In this document: one piece after another, positions 1 through 9,249 of the stretch
Layout of the letters: every line of letters starts with the position of its first letter
How positions within the stretch are numbered: the first letter of the stretch is position 1
Source: a virus
Taxonomy: Duplodnaviria > Heunggongvirae > Uroviricota > Caudoviricetes
Length of the DNA stretch: 64,000 bases
Direction: 5' to 3' (one strand)
IMG/VR virus record: IMGVR_UViG_3300028888_000051
Location: 99,384-163,383 of that record
Notes under the pieces: model-generated
What the model was told of the DNA's origin: nothing
The model's input: only the letters and a program-made list of their open reading frames with translations
Databases searched by the model: none
Program-made: the position numbers and the translations under genes

Positions 1-11
1 TGAGAATAAAA

Positions 12-992
12 ATGCCAGATATTACACTTGATATACCTTCAAATACTAAATTTAATTCATCATTAAATGAAATAGACATAGCTTTTAAATCTATTTTAAT
101 AGAACAAATGCGTATAGCTGATCCAAGAGATAAATCTAAAGAACAAAAAAGTTTAGGAACAGCGGAAAAAAATAATTGGCTTTGGGATAAAACTAGAGTA
201 TTTCAAGTTGATGAAATGACAACTGAAGAAATATTTGATGTTTATCTTTTGCGAAAAAACATAAATGGTGAAAAAAATACTGATGTTTCATATCCACTTT
301 TAGCTTATATGCAAGATAATATAGATAGTGTATTTTGGGGTACAGGTAATCGTGATAAGCAATGGCATTTTGAAATACCACATGAAGAATCTGATTGGGA
401 AGTAGGAGATACAGTTATCATAGCTACAATGAATAGTCGCTATAGAGGTATAACTGGTACAATTGATAGAATAAAAGAAGAAAATAATCAAAAATATTGT
501 GCTATAAATATAAATGGACATGTTATTACTAAAAAACCATATGATTATGTTAATGATAATACAATTGTTTGGTTTCCAACTTCTGAATTAAGAATGGCTG
601 GAGCAAAAACAGCCGGTACATTTAAGGGTAAAGCAATTACTTGTAAATATAAAGCTGTTATTTTATGTGATAATAAAGATGAAATTCAATATATACGTGA
701 TAAATTAATGTTACGTGTGTGGGATGCAAAAATATGGTGGAGATATAAATCTCCAACAATAAATAATTGTGAAAATCAAATATTTACAGTTTTTGGTATT
801 CCTAATATTGATAGATATCCAGCTTCAACAGATAAATTAAAAGGGCAAGGTTTTATATATGGAACAGCCTTTGATATAGATACGTGGGCATGTATTACAG
901 ATGAGCCAATACCTGGATCTTTAATCGAAAATATTCGGATGAATATAAAAGTTGAAAATGATGGTAGGGAAAATAGAATAGTAATAAATTAA
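12..992 (+). CDS. T4 gp15-like tail terminator with inserted KOW/SH3-like domain
   Basis: YPLLAYMQD, ITCKYKAVILCDNKDEIQYIRDKL and YGTAFDIDTW fit the gp15/tail-terminator pattern; insert WEVGDTVIIATMNSRYRGITGTIDRI. Confidence 0.55.
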   Translation: MPDITLDIPSNTKFNSSLNEIDIAFKSILIEQMRIADPRDKSKEQKSLGTAEKNNWLWDKTRVFQVDEMTTEEIFDVYLLRKNINGEKNTDVSYPLLAYMQDNIDSVFWGTGNRDKQWHFEIPHEESDWEVGDTVIIATMNSRYRGITGTIDRIKEENNQKYCAININGHVITKKPYDYVNDNTIVWFPTSELRMAGAKTAGTFKGKAITCKYKAVILCDNKDEIQYIRDKLMLRVWDAKIWWRYKSPTINNCENQIFTVFGIPNIDRYPASTDKLKGQGFIYGTAFDIDTWACITDEPIPGSLIENIRMNIKVENDGRENRIVIN

Positions 993-996
993 TAGC

Positions 997-1025
997 TTTA
1001 CAATTAAATATTTTTTTATTACAAT
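997..1025 (+). promoter_or_regulatory. Sigma70-like promoter TTTACA-N17-TACAAT
   Basis: -35 at 997-1002, 17-nt spacer, -10 at 1020-1025, upstream of ORF 1056. Confidence 0.6.
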
Positions 1026-1055
1026 AAAATAAAACTGAAACTTATGGAGTAAGAA

Positions 1056-2303
1056 ATGATTAAAATAGGTGCTAGAAAATGCATCATTAATGAACTAACA
1101 GAAAAAGATACATCAGAATTTTTAAATAAATATCATAGACAAAAAAATATAACAGCTGTATATCATATAGGTTTGATATATAATTCAATTTTAATTGCTG
1201 TAATGACCTTTGGATATCCTCGCTATAATAAAACATATCAATGGGAATTATTGAGATTGTGTTTTCATCCAGATTATAGGATAATCGGAGGGGCTACGAA
1301 AATGTTTAATTATTTTATAGATACTTATAAACCGTGTTCAATAATTTCATATTGTGATTATAATTATTTTACTGGTGATGTATATAATAAATTAAATTTT
1401 GAATTGTTACGTATATCAAAAGGTAGCAAAATTTGGTATAAGAATGATAAGTTTATAACTGATAATCTTCTTCGTCAATTTGGTCCAGATAAATTGATAG
1501 GAACTAATGATGGTAAAGGAACTGATAATGAAAAAATAATGTTACGTGAAGGTTGGAATTATAAAATTGATGAAAAAGGACAAGGAACTTATATATGGAA
1601 CGGAAATGGAAAATTTGGATATATTTATTTAATTACAGATACTCTGCATAATAAACAATATATTGGACAGCATCGTGGTTATAAATTGAATGATAACTAC
1701 TATGGATCAGGAAAATTGATTTTAAGTATAATTAAAAAGCACGGTACATCAATATTAAAAAGAGAAATAATAGATTATGCTAGTTCACAAAAAGAATTAA
1801 GTGAAAAAGAAATATTTTATATAAAAAAATATAATACCTTATCACCGAATGGATATAATTTAACATTAAGAGTACAAGGAATAGATGCATATATACCACA
1901 TGAAGCATCTGAAGAATTGAAGCAAAAAAGATCTGAAAATGCAAAAGAATTGTGGAAAAATGAAGAATATAGAGAAAAAATATCAAAATGTAGAAAAGAA
2001 ATGTGGAAAAATTCTGAGCATAAAGAAAAAATAAGGATTTCTATGAAAGAAAGAATGTCAAAAACAGAAGAGAAGCAAAAACTAAAAGATGGTTTATATA
2101 AATTTCTTTCTGATGAAACAAAGAAAAAAGAATGGAATAAAAAAAGAACTGAAGCAACTAATACTATTGAATATAGAAATAAATTATCAAAAGCTGCTAA
2201 AGGCAAGCACTGGTTTAATAATGGCAAAATATCTGTTTTAAGATATAGTATTCCAGAGGGAGATGAATGGTTACCAGGTAAGCTATGTGTAAAAAATAAA
2301 TAG
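1056..2303 (+). mobile_element. Free-standing GIY-YIG homing endonuclease with N-terminal Hef/Mom-like GNAT-fold domain
   Basis: GYIYLITD...YIGQH...YYGSG GIY-YIG core; N-terminal WELLRLCF..GGATKMF..IISYCD; Lys/Glu helical region; C-terminal HWFNNG..PEGDEWLPGK. Confidence 0.8.
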
Positions 2304-2400
2304 TTCTAAAAAATAAATAATTTTCTAGTTTGTATATAAAATTTTCAACTCTAGTTTTTAGTTATAAATAAATTTAATTTTTTATAGGAAGTGTTTAAAA

Positions 2401-3462
2401 ATGACAAAATTTTTGAATCGCTTAGCTTGTCGTATAGCTAGAGCTAAATTAAATGAATCTAAAAACTGGATGGTAACAAGAAAATTAATCTGTGAAACAG
2501 ACGAAGGCGACGTTGAATTTGATGCCGGTGAAATGGTAAATGTCGGTGGTGATGACGAAGGTAATTTGGTATTAGATGGTTCTGCAGCAGTTGTAGTAAT
2601 TTCTGATCCTGAAATTGCTTCTAAAGTTGCTGATGTTTTAGCTTCTGCCGATGAATTATCAGATGTAGATTTTGTTGAAAAACCTGCTCTTGATGCTGTT
2701 TTAGATGGTGAAGAAGTTGAAGATGTTGTTGATTCTTTAGGTGATGCTGAAGATGACAAAATTGAAGTAGCTGAAGTTGAAGTTGATGACGAAAAGAAAG
2801 AGTCTGTAGAAAACAAATATGCAAAATTTGCAGAAAATACTATTAAGGCTCATAAAATGTTAGCTTGCGAATCAGTTGCTATTGCTGAAGAAGTTGCTCC
2901 AATTAATATGGCTAATATTAAAACTATGTCTGTTAAGAAAGAAAGCTATAATGATTATAAAGAATTTACAAATCGTGTATCTTCTTTAAATGGCTCAATT
3001 CAACCAGGTAAACATGAAGTAGCTTTAAATGAAGCAGGTAAAGTTATGGGTGAGTGGAATGAAGATGATAACTATGGTGAAATTTATCCTGAAGAAGAAT
3101 GGGATGATGTAGAAGCTATGGAAGATTTTGATGCTGCTCCAGTTCCTGCTGTTGAAGATATTGCATGGGAAGATGATGAAGATGTTGAGCAAGTTGAATC
3201 TTGTTTAGGTAAATATGAAGAATCTGCAAAATCTGGTAAAGATTATATGATGATGGTTGAATCTTTGGAAAAAGCTGGTGTTAAAGAAGAAAAAGCTGCT
3301 AAAATTATTTCAACTTTTGGTGAATCATCATTAAAAGAATGTGTACGTGTTTATGATACTAAATATGGTAAATATTGTGCTACATTTACAGAATCAGTTG
3401 ATGCAAATAATTTTATTGCCGAAGCTGATGAAAAGCGTTTCACAAAACGTTATTTTGCTTAA
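2401..3462 (+). CDS. Highly acidic protein, possible prohead core or internal head protein
   Basis: D/E-rich, with repeated LNES, LACES, LNEA, FTES, FIAEA motifs; strong RBS. Confidence 0.4.
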   Translation: MTKFLNRLACRIARAKLNESKNWMVTRKLICETDEGDVEFDAGEMVNVGGDDEGNLVLDGSAAVVVISDPEIASKVADVLASADELSDVDFVEKPALDAVLDGEEVEDVVDSLGDAEDDKIEVAEVEVDDEKKESVENKYAKFAENTIKAHKMLACESVAIAEEVAPINMANIKTMSVKKESYNDYKEFTNRVSSLNGSIQPGKHEVALNEAGKVMGEWNEDDNYGEIYPEEEWDDVEAMEDFDAAPVPAVEDIAWEDDEDVEQVESCLGKYEESAKSGKDYMMMVESLEKAGVKEEKAAKIISTFGESSLKECVRVYDTKYGKYCATFTESVDANNFIAEADEKRFTKRYFA

Positions 3463-3482
3463 TTATAAAATAATATAATTAT

Positions 3483-3524
3483 AAATAGAGAGTTGGATTT
3501 AAATATTTAACTCTCTATTTTTTT
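3483..3524 (+). terminator. Rho-independent terminator
   Basis: Stem AAATAGAGAGTT/AACTCTCTATTT plus T run after ORF 2401. Confidence 0.8.
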
Positions 3525-3566
3525 ATGTTCTAATAAAAATAATTTGATTTTGTTAAAAGGAATATT

Positions 3567-3845
3567 ATGTATTTAATTCGTGAAAAAATAGAAAACGATG
3601 AAGTTGTTGGATATTATGTAGATGAAAAAATATCAGGTGTTCTTATTGAAACACACGAAATAGATAAAACTTTACACAATTGTTCATGTAAATATTTTGC
3701 AGAATCTAATAATTGTTATAGTCATTTTCATATCAATCTTTGTAAAAATTGGATAAAAAATGGGAAGCCAAGATGTGCAATGTATGCTAAATCAAAAGAT
3801 GGTAAAATTGTAACACTTTGTCCTGGTTTTATTCCAAGTAAATAG
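3567..3845 (+). CDS. Small Cys/His-rich protein, SWIM-like zinc finger
   Basis: CSC..CYSH plus further Cys residues. Confidence 0.35.
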   Translation: MYLIREKIENDEVVGYYVDEKISGVLIETHEIDKTLHNCSCKYFAESNNCYSHFHINLCKNWIKNGKPRCAMYAKSKDGKIVTLCPGFIPSK

Positions 3846-3911
3846 AAAAGTTAATATATAAATATCATTAGTTCTAATTAACAAAGAATAAATTTATTTT
3901 TTTTTACATTA

Positions 3912-4646
3912 ATGGGAATATTAAATATCATGAGTTTACGTAAACAATTAAAAGAAGCTGCATTAAATGTATTACAAGAAGGTACAGATAGCTCTAAAGA
4001 GATTTTAACTCAAAATATTGTGAATTCTTTTGATGAAATGGGCATGGCTACTACAAATCCTGGTGAATTTTCACAAGAAGAAATTACAGATAAAAATAAT
4101 TTAACTAATGTATCAGCTATGTCTAACGATACAGATTTCGAAGGCAAAATTGAAAATCCTCAAGCTAATGAAGCAGAAGATATATTAGATGTTGGTACAG
4201 ATTTAATGCATACTCTTGTAGACATATCTGATAAATGTGATAAATGTAATGATGAAGATAAAAAAGCTGAATTACATATATTAGAATTCGGTGAATCTTC
4301 AATGAGTAAAATTATAGATAAAGTTTTAAGTGGTAAAACATGTGAACAATTTTTACATTCTTTAACTGAATCTGATTATGCAGGTCCTCGTGATTGGAAT
4401 CCAGATACTCGTATTAATGTAGCAAATGTTCTTACTACTTTAAAAAGAGAAATAGGTAAAGGTTCAGAAGGTATTCATGTAGATCAAGTTTATGATGACC
4501 AGCATAATGATGCATACAAGGTATCTCAAATTGATAAAAATTTATTACCAAAAGAACTTAAAGTAGAAACTATTGTTTTAAAATTAGGAGATGATAATAT
4601 TTATTATAAAGATAAAATGAGTAATACTTATCCTCTTCCAAAATAA
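3912..4646 (+). CDS. Acidic hypothetical protein, candidate internal head protein (start may be 3930)
   Basis: LKEA, LQEG, LTES motifs; GGGA upstream of ATG 3930. Confidence 0.4.
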   Translation: MGILNIMSLRKQLKEAALNVLQEGTDSSKEILTQNIVNSFDEMGMATTNPGEFSQEEITDKNNLTNVSAMSNDTDFEGKIENPQANEAEDILDVGTDLMHTLVDISDKCDKCNDEDKKAELHILEFGESSMSKIIDKVLSGKTCEQFLHSLTESDYAGPRDWNPDTRINVANVLTTLKREIGKGSEGIHVDQVYDDQHNDAYKVSQIDKNLLPKELKVETIVLKLGDDNIYYKDKMSNTYPLPK

Positions 4647-4670
4647 ATTATAAATACATATGATGTAAAG

Positions 4671-4699
4671 AAATCCTCAGAATTAACTGAGGATTTTTT
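4671..4699 (+). terminator. Rho-independent terminator
   Basis: Stem AAATCCTCAG/CTGAGGATTT plus T run. Confidence 0.85.
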
Positions 4700-4772
4700 A
4701 TATTAAAAACTATATTTATATTAAAAGTTCTATATAATAAGTTTTAATTTTTAATTTAAGAAGTGTATATCT

Positions 4773-5624
4773 ATGCGTTTTATTCCAAAGAAAAAAGAAA
4801 CATTAATAGAAGCTGAAGCTAATCCATTAGAAATTAGCTCAACAGAATTATCTTATGACGAAAAATATATTCAAGCAATAACTAAGGCAGTAGCGAGCGA
4901 AAGTGGTGCAATTGTTGAATATGAACAAATATTAGCATTAGAACCTCATATAAAAGAAAAAGGTCTTGTAGAAACTTTTCATGATACTTTAATTGATATT
5001 AAAGATGAAGAAATAAAACATCTTGCTCAATTAAATACAAAATTAAGTGAAACATCTTTTTTTAAAAATTCTTATGAAAAAGGTGTAGACGAAGCTAAAT
5101 CTGGAATAGATAAAGAAGAACAAAAAGAAAGTGTAGAATTAACTGAGTCTATTGAACGAATTGTTGAAAATGTTCCTCAAAATCGTACATATGATTCAGA
5201 TAATATTGCTCAAATTATAGCTGCTAAATATGAATTAACGGATGAACAATATGAAGATATTCTTAATTTATTTGATCCTTTTCACATTGATGAAATTTCT
5301 GCAGAAGATGTTGACAAAGGTTTGGAACGAGTCTCTAAAAAATATGAATTTACTCCAGAAGAGCGATTAGAAATCGAAAATGATATCATTGCTAATGCAA
5401 ATAATCCAATGGGAGACAGAAAAGAAGAATTTGATAGTGATATTAATTTTGATATAAATACTTTAGAAGATATATTAGAAAATCTTAATACTTATGCTGC
5501 ACAACAGCGTATTAAAAAAATAATAGAAGAACTAAAATCTATCGAATATAATGGTGAAAAAGATATAGCTTGGAATCCAAAATATTATGATATGAATAAA
5601 CATAAAAGAGGTTTAATACAATAA
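4773..5624 (+). CDS. Protein with N-terminal ferritin-like (two-helix, EncFtn-type) domain
   Basis: E43-x6-Y50 and DEE80IKH83 di-iron ligand pattern. Confidence 0.65.
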   Translation: MRFIPKKKETLIEAEANPLEISSTELSYDEKYIQAITKAVASESGAIVEYEQILALEPHIKEKGLVETFHDTLIDIKDEEIKHLAQLNTKLSETSFFKNSYEKGVDEAKSGIDKEEQKESVELTESIERIVENVPQNRTYDSDNIAQIIAAKYELTDEQYEDILNLFDPFHIDEISAEDVDKGLERVSKKYEFTPEERLEIENDIIANANNPMGDRKEEFDSDINFDINTLEDILENLNTYAAQQRIKKIIEELKSIEYNGEKDIAWNPKYYDMNKHKRGLIQ

Positions 5625-6004
5625 TGTCTATTTCTACAGTATTATATGAAGCATTAGATCCATTAAATAAAATTGCAAACAGTATAGTTAAAAAACTTAA
5701 CTATATTGAATCTAGTCTTATTTTAAAATCTAAAAATTTAGATGATTCTTTATCGTATTTAGATAAAACTGCTTCGTATCATTCAAATGCTTATGATGAA
5801 TTAACAAAAGAACAACAAAAAGAAGTATTACATCGGATATGGAATAAAATTCATAATATTTTAGGTAAAAGTGAACAAGAAATAAATGAAGAAAAAGCTG
5901 ATTTAGAACAAATAATATATGATTATTTAAAAACAAATTATTGGTCAATGTATCCATTAGAAAAAACCGCTAAAGAATTGGCAGATAAAATTAAAAATAA
6001 CTAA
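5624..6004 (+). CDS. Hypothetical helical protein
   Basis: 126-aa ORF coupled to the upstream stop; VLYEA at the N-terminus. Confidence 0.6.
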   Translation: MSISTVLYEALDPLNKIANSIVKKLNYIESSLILKSKNLDDSLSYLDKTASYHSNAYDELTKEQQKEVLHRIWNKIHNILGKSEQEINEEKADLEQIIYDYLKTNYWSMYPLEKTAKELADKIKNN

Positions 6005-6021
6005 TTTTAAGGAGAGTTAAG

Positions 6022-6918
6022 GTGGGATTAATTGGTCCGTCTGGTACTATTAAAGCAATTACTAGACAGTTAGAAAACATTAAAGTTAGAACAAAATTAT
6101 CAGATCGTGCTTTAGATTTGATTATACAAACTAATTCTAAAGAAAAACAATCTTTAGAAACTGATAAATTATATGATTTAGTTTATATTTTAAAAGAATC
6201 AGAAAATAATCCTGATTTAATAATGTCTTTACGTTCTATTGAAAAATTTTGTACTTATAGAAATGTATGGATTATTGGATATAAACCTTCATGGTTAAAA
6301 AATGTAAAATATATTCATACTAATCAAAAGGGTAATACAAAATGGACAAATAGCTGTATAAATTTTAAAGCAGCTTGTGAATGTGAAGATATATCTGAAA
6401 ATTTTATTTTAATGAATGATGATTTTATTGCATTAAGACCTATATTAGATTGGAAACAAGCTTTAAATGTTTGTTTAGGTAGTATAACAGATGAATCAAC
6501 ACGTTATCGTAAAAAATCAAAAGCCTCAAAATGGCAAAATGGATTTATATATGCTGAAAAATTATTAATTGAATGTCATGCAAAAACATGTTATAATTAT
6601 GAAACACATTTACCGATGATAATTAATAAAACAAATTATCTAAAATTCTTAGAAATACCGGCTATTAAAAAATTTATGCAAACATCAAATGTATTACATA
6701 AAAGATCTTTATATAAAAATTTATTTCCAGAACCAGATACATCTTTTCCACATAAAATAAAAGATGTAAAAATAAATTTAGGATATGATTTTACTGACAA
6801 TTATTTAAAAGAAAATTGGATTAGTGTATTTGATAATGTTATAGGAGATTATTTAAAATTTCCAAAAATAAATAAATTTTTAAATAATATGTTTCCTAAT
6901 AAATCTAATTTTGAATAA
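6022..6918 (+). CDS. Stealth-like sugar-phosphate transferase (GTG start)
   Basis: DLVYI..LIMSLRSIEK..VWIIG.KPSWL..FILMNDDF matches Stealth CR1/CR2 style; AAGGAG RBS. Confidence 0.6.
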   Translation: MGLIGPSGTIKAITRQLENIKVRTKLSDRALDLIIQTNSKEKQSLETDKLYDLVYILKESENNPDLIMSLRSIEKFCTYRNVWIIGYKPSWLKNVKYIHTNQKGNTKWTNSCINFKAACECEDISENFILMNDDFIALRPILDWKQALNVCLGSITDESTRYRKKSKASKWQNGFIYAEKLLIECHAKTCYNYETHLPMIINKTNYLKFLEIPAIKKFMQTSNVLHKRSLYKNLFPEPDTSFPHKIKDVKINLGYDFTDNYLKENWISVFDNVIGDYLKFPKINKFLNNMFPNKSNFE

Positions 6919-7042
6919 TAAATCTATTTTTATTAAATAGTAATGTATTTAAAAACAATCTAGAGTATACAGAGTTCTATACAAAAGAAGAATTTATAAA
7001 CTAGTATAAATTAGATTGTCCTTTTGTTATATCTAGTTAAAA

Positions 7043-7048
7043 GTTCTA
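7043..7048 (+). promoter_or_regulatory. GTTCTA motif, representative copy of a candidate phage late promoter
   Basis: One of 19 exact sense-oriented copies at operon starts (see findings). Confidence 0.65.
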
Positions 7049-7092
7049 ATAAATAAAATATTAACTTAACTTTTTATAAGGATAAAACACTA

Positions 7093-9114
7093 ATGGCAAG
7101 CTATAGATTTCCTGGCGTATTTCCATCAATTAGAGATCAAAGTGGTGTTGTAGCGAATAATACTATTACTTCTGCTGCTTATGTTGGTGAAAGTGAATAT
7201 GGTCCAGTTTTCAAACCAACATTACTTGCTACGTTGCAAGATTATACAGATAGATTTGGTAAATTAAATTCTAGATATGGTTACGCTGGATACTCATTAG
7301 CAGTTGCAGCAGAAACTATTAATCAACATTATTTTGTACGTGTTGTACCAACAGGTAATCCTGAAAGTTCAAATCGTTCAAATGATGCTACTTGGGCAGC
7401 AGCTACAGTTTTAGTTGATTGGGATGAAGGAGAATCTGCTCCTGTTTCTAATGGTTATTATTATGAAGAAATTACAGCTGCTGAAACAGCACGTGATGCA
7501 GGTTTAGATTGTGGATTATTTAAAACAGTTGAAGAAGATCCAGAAACACATGAATCATCAATAGTATATGATGTAGATTCAGCATTTAAAGTTGTTGCTA
7601 CAAATCCAAATAATAGAGATTTATATATTACTGTAGCAGATTCAACAATTAATGAAAATAGAGCATATGCTGTTACAGCAGAAACAACTTTAGTTCCTAG
7701 TGATGAATCTGGTGAAGAAAATGATACAACTGTGGTAATAGTTACTGTTCCAGCAGATGATTTTAAAGATACTCTAGTAGGTGATAAAATTGTTGTTTCT
7801 AGAATGACAAATACTGCATTAAATGGTACATTTACTATTGAAGCTATTGAAATTGAAGACAATAATGCTAAAATTTCTTATATTGTTAAAGGTGTTCAAG
7901 AAACAGCTGGTGATGCTAATGCACGTGTAGGTATGTATCCTGCTAAAAATCAAACAACATTTTCTTTATCAGTAGCAGAAAAAGTTGGACGTGTTATTAC
8001 AACTTTAGAAACTTTTGAATATTGTACTTTATATAATGCACAAGATAATTATGGTAATTCAACATTTGTTGAAGATGTTATTAATGGATCTTCAAATTAT
8101 ATTCAAGTATTTGTAAATAAGAACTTTACAGAATTTGGTCCAGATGCTGATCCTGATGAAATTATTATTCCACAAAATGTTTCTAATGTAAGATTAACTG
8201 GTGGTAAATCTGGTACTTGGACAAATGCTGGAGATAAATATAAAGCATTGTGTGATGCATGGGAATTATTCCGCGATCGTTCACAAGTTACAGTATCATT
8301 ATTGATGAACTCAGGTTATGTATTAAAAAATAATGTTTCATACCAAGCAAAAATGTTAGAAATTGCTGAAGCTCGTCGTGATTGCTTCTGTTTATTTGAT
8401 ATTCCAATGACAGAAACTGATTATGAAGATGCAATTGATTGGAGACGTAATATTCAAGGATTTAATACTTATCGTGCAGCTTTGAGTTCACCATGGGTTA
8501 AGACTTATGATTCAGTTCAAGGACGTGCTAATTTCGTTATGTGTCCTTCTGCATATGTTGCAAAAATTATGGGTGCTTATGATCCATGGAAAGCTCCAGC
8601 TGGTTTAAATCGCGGTGTATTAACTGCTTCTACTGTTTCTCCTACAGGATTAACACAGTATTATAATGATACGCAAGGTGGTAATTTATATACTGATAAT
8701 CAAATTAACTGTATTATTAGAAGTACAGCTTCTGGTTATGTTAACTGGGGTCAAAGAACATTACAAGCTAAACCTTCTGCGTTAGATAGAATTAATGTTG
8801 CTCGTACAGTAATTTATATTGAAACAGTATTACGTGATGCAGCTCTATGGCATGTATTTGAAAACAATACAGCTTACGAAAGAATGCAAATTACTTTACA
8901 ATTTAATGCTTTCTTAGATCAAGTACTATCTTCTGAAGGTATTCAAGCTTACCGCGTGATTTGTGATGAAAGTAACAATACACCACAAGTAATTGCTAAT
9001 AATCAATTAAAGATTGATATTATCTTGTGGCCAACATACACTTCAGAATACATTATTATTACATCTACTGTTGCCGGTGCTGATACATCAGTTACTATTT
9101 CAACAAGTAATTAA
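7093..9114 (+). CDS. Contractile tail sheath protein
   Basis: YRFPGVF N-terminus; WKAPAGLNRG; WGQRTL..LDRINVARTVIYI..VFENN..VICDESNNTP C-terminal sheath motifs. Confidence 0.95.
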   Translation: MASYRFPGVFPSIRDQSGVVANNTITSAAYVGESEYGPVFKPTLLATLQDYTDRFGKLNSRYGYAGYSLAVAAETINQHYFVRVVPTGNPESSNRSNDATWAAATVLVDWDEGESAPVSNGYYYEEITAAETARDAGLDCGLFKTVEEDPETHESSIVYDVDSAFKVVATNPNNRDLYITVADSTINENRAYAVTAETTLVPSDESGEENDTTVVIVTVPADDFKDTLVGDKIVVSRMTNTALNGTFTIEAIEIEDNNAKISYIVKGVQETAGDANARVGMYPAKNQTTFSLSVAEKVGRVITTLETFEYCTLYNAQDNYGNSTFVEDVINGSSNYIQVFVNKNFTEFGPDADPDEIIIPQNVSNVRLTGGKSGTWTNAGDKYKALCDAWELFRDRSQVTVSLLMNSGYVLKNNVSYQAKMLEIAEARRDCFCLFDIPMTETDYEDAIDWRRNIQGFNTYRAALSSPWVKTYDSVQGRANFVMCPSAYVAKIMGAYDPWKAPAGLNRGVLTASTVSPTGLTQYYNDTQGGNLYTDNQINCIIRSTASGYVNWGQRTLQAKPSALDRINVARTVIYIETVLRDAALWHVFENNTAYERMQITLQFNAFLDQVLSSEGIQAYRVICDESNNTPQVIANNQLKIDIILWPTYTSEYIIITSTVAGADTSVTISTSN

Positions 9115-9136
9115 AATATTGAATTTATTTTATTTT

Positions 9137-9167
9137 AAGGGACTGACTAAACAGTCCCTTTTTATTT
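9137..9167 (+). terminator. Rho-independent terminator
   Basis: Stem AAGGGACTG/CAGTCCCTT plus T run after the sheath gene. Confidence 0.85.
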
Positions 9168-9178
9168 TAAAAAACTTA

Positions 9179-9207
9179 TTTACAAATTTGAATCTAGTTA
9201 TTATAAT
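9179..9207 (+). promoter_or_regulatory. Sigma70-like promoter TTTACA-N17-TATAAT
   Basis: -35 at 9179-9184, -10 at 9202-9207, upstream of ORF 9250. Confidence 0.7.
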
Positions 9208-9249
9208 GACTACAATAGTTATTGGTTCTAATACTAAAATGGAGAAACA

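Noticed and set aside
2401-3462. Calling this ORF the T4 gp22 scaffold or a capsid protein
   Set aside because: No capsid gene adjacent and no HK97 motifs; only composition supports a core role
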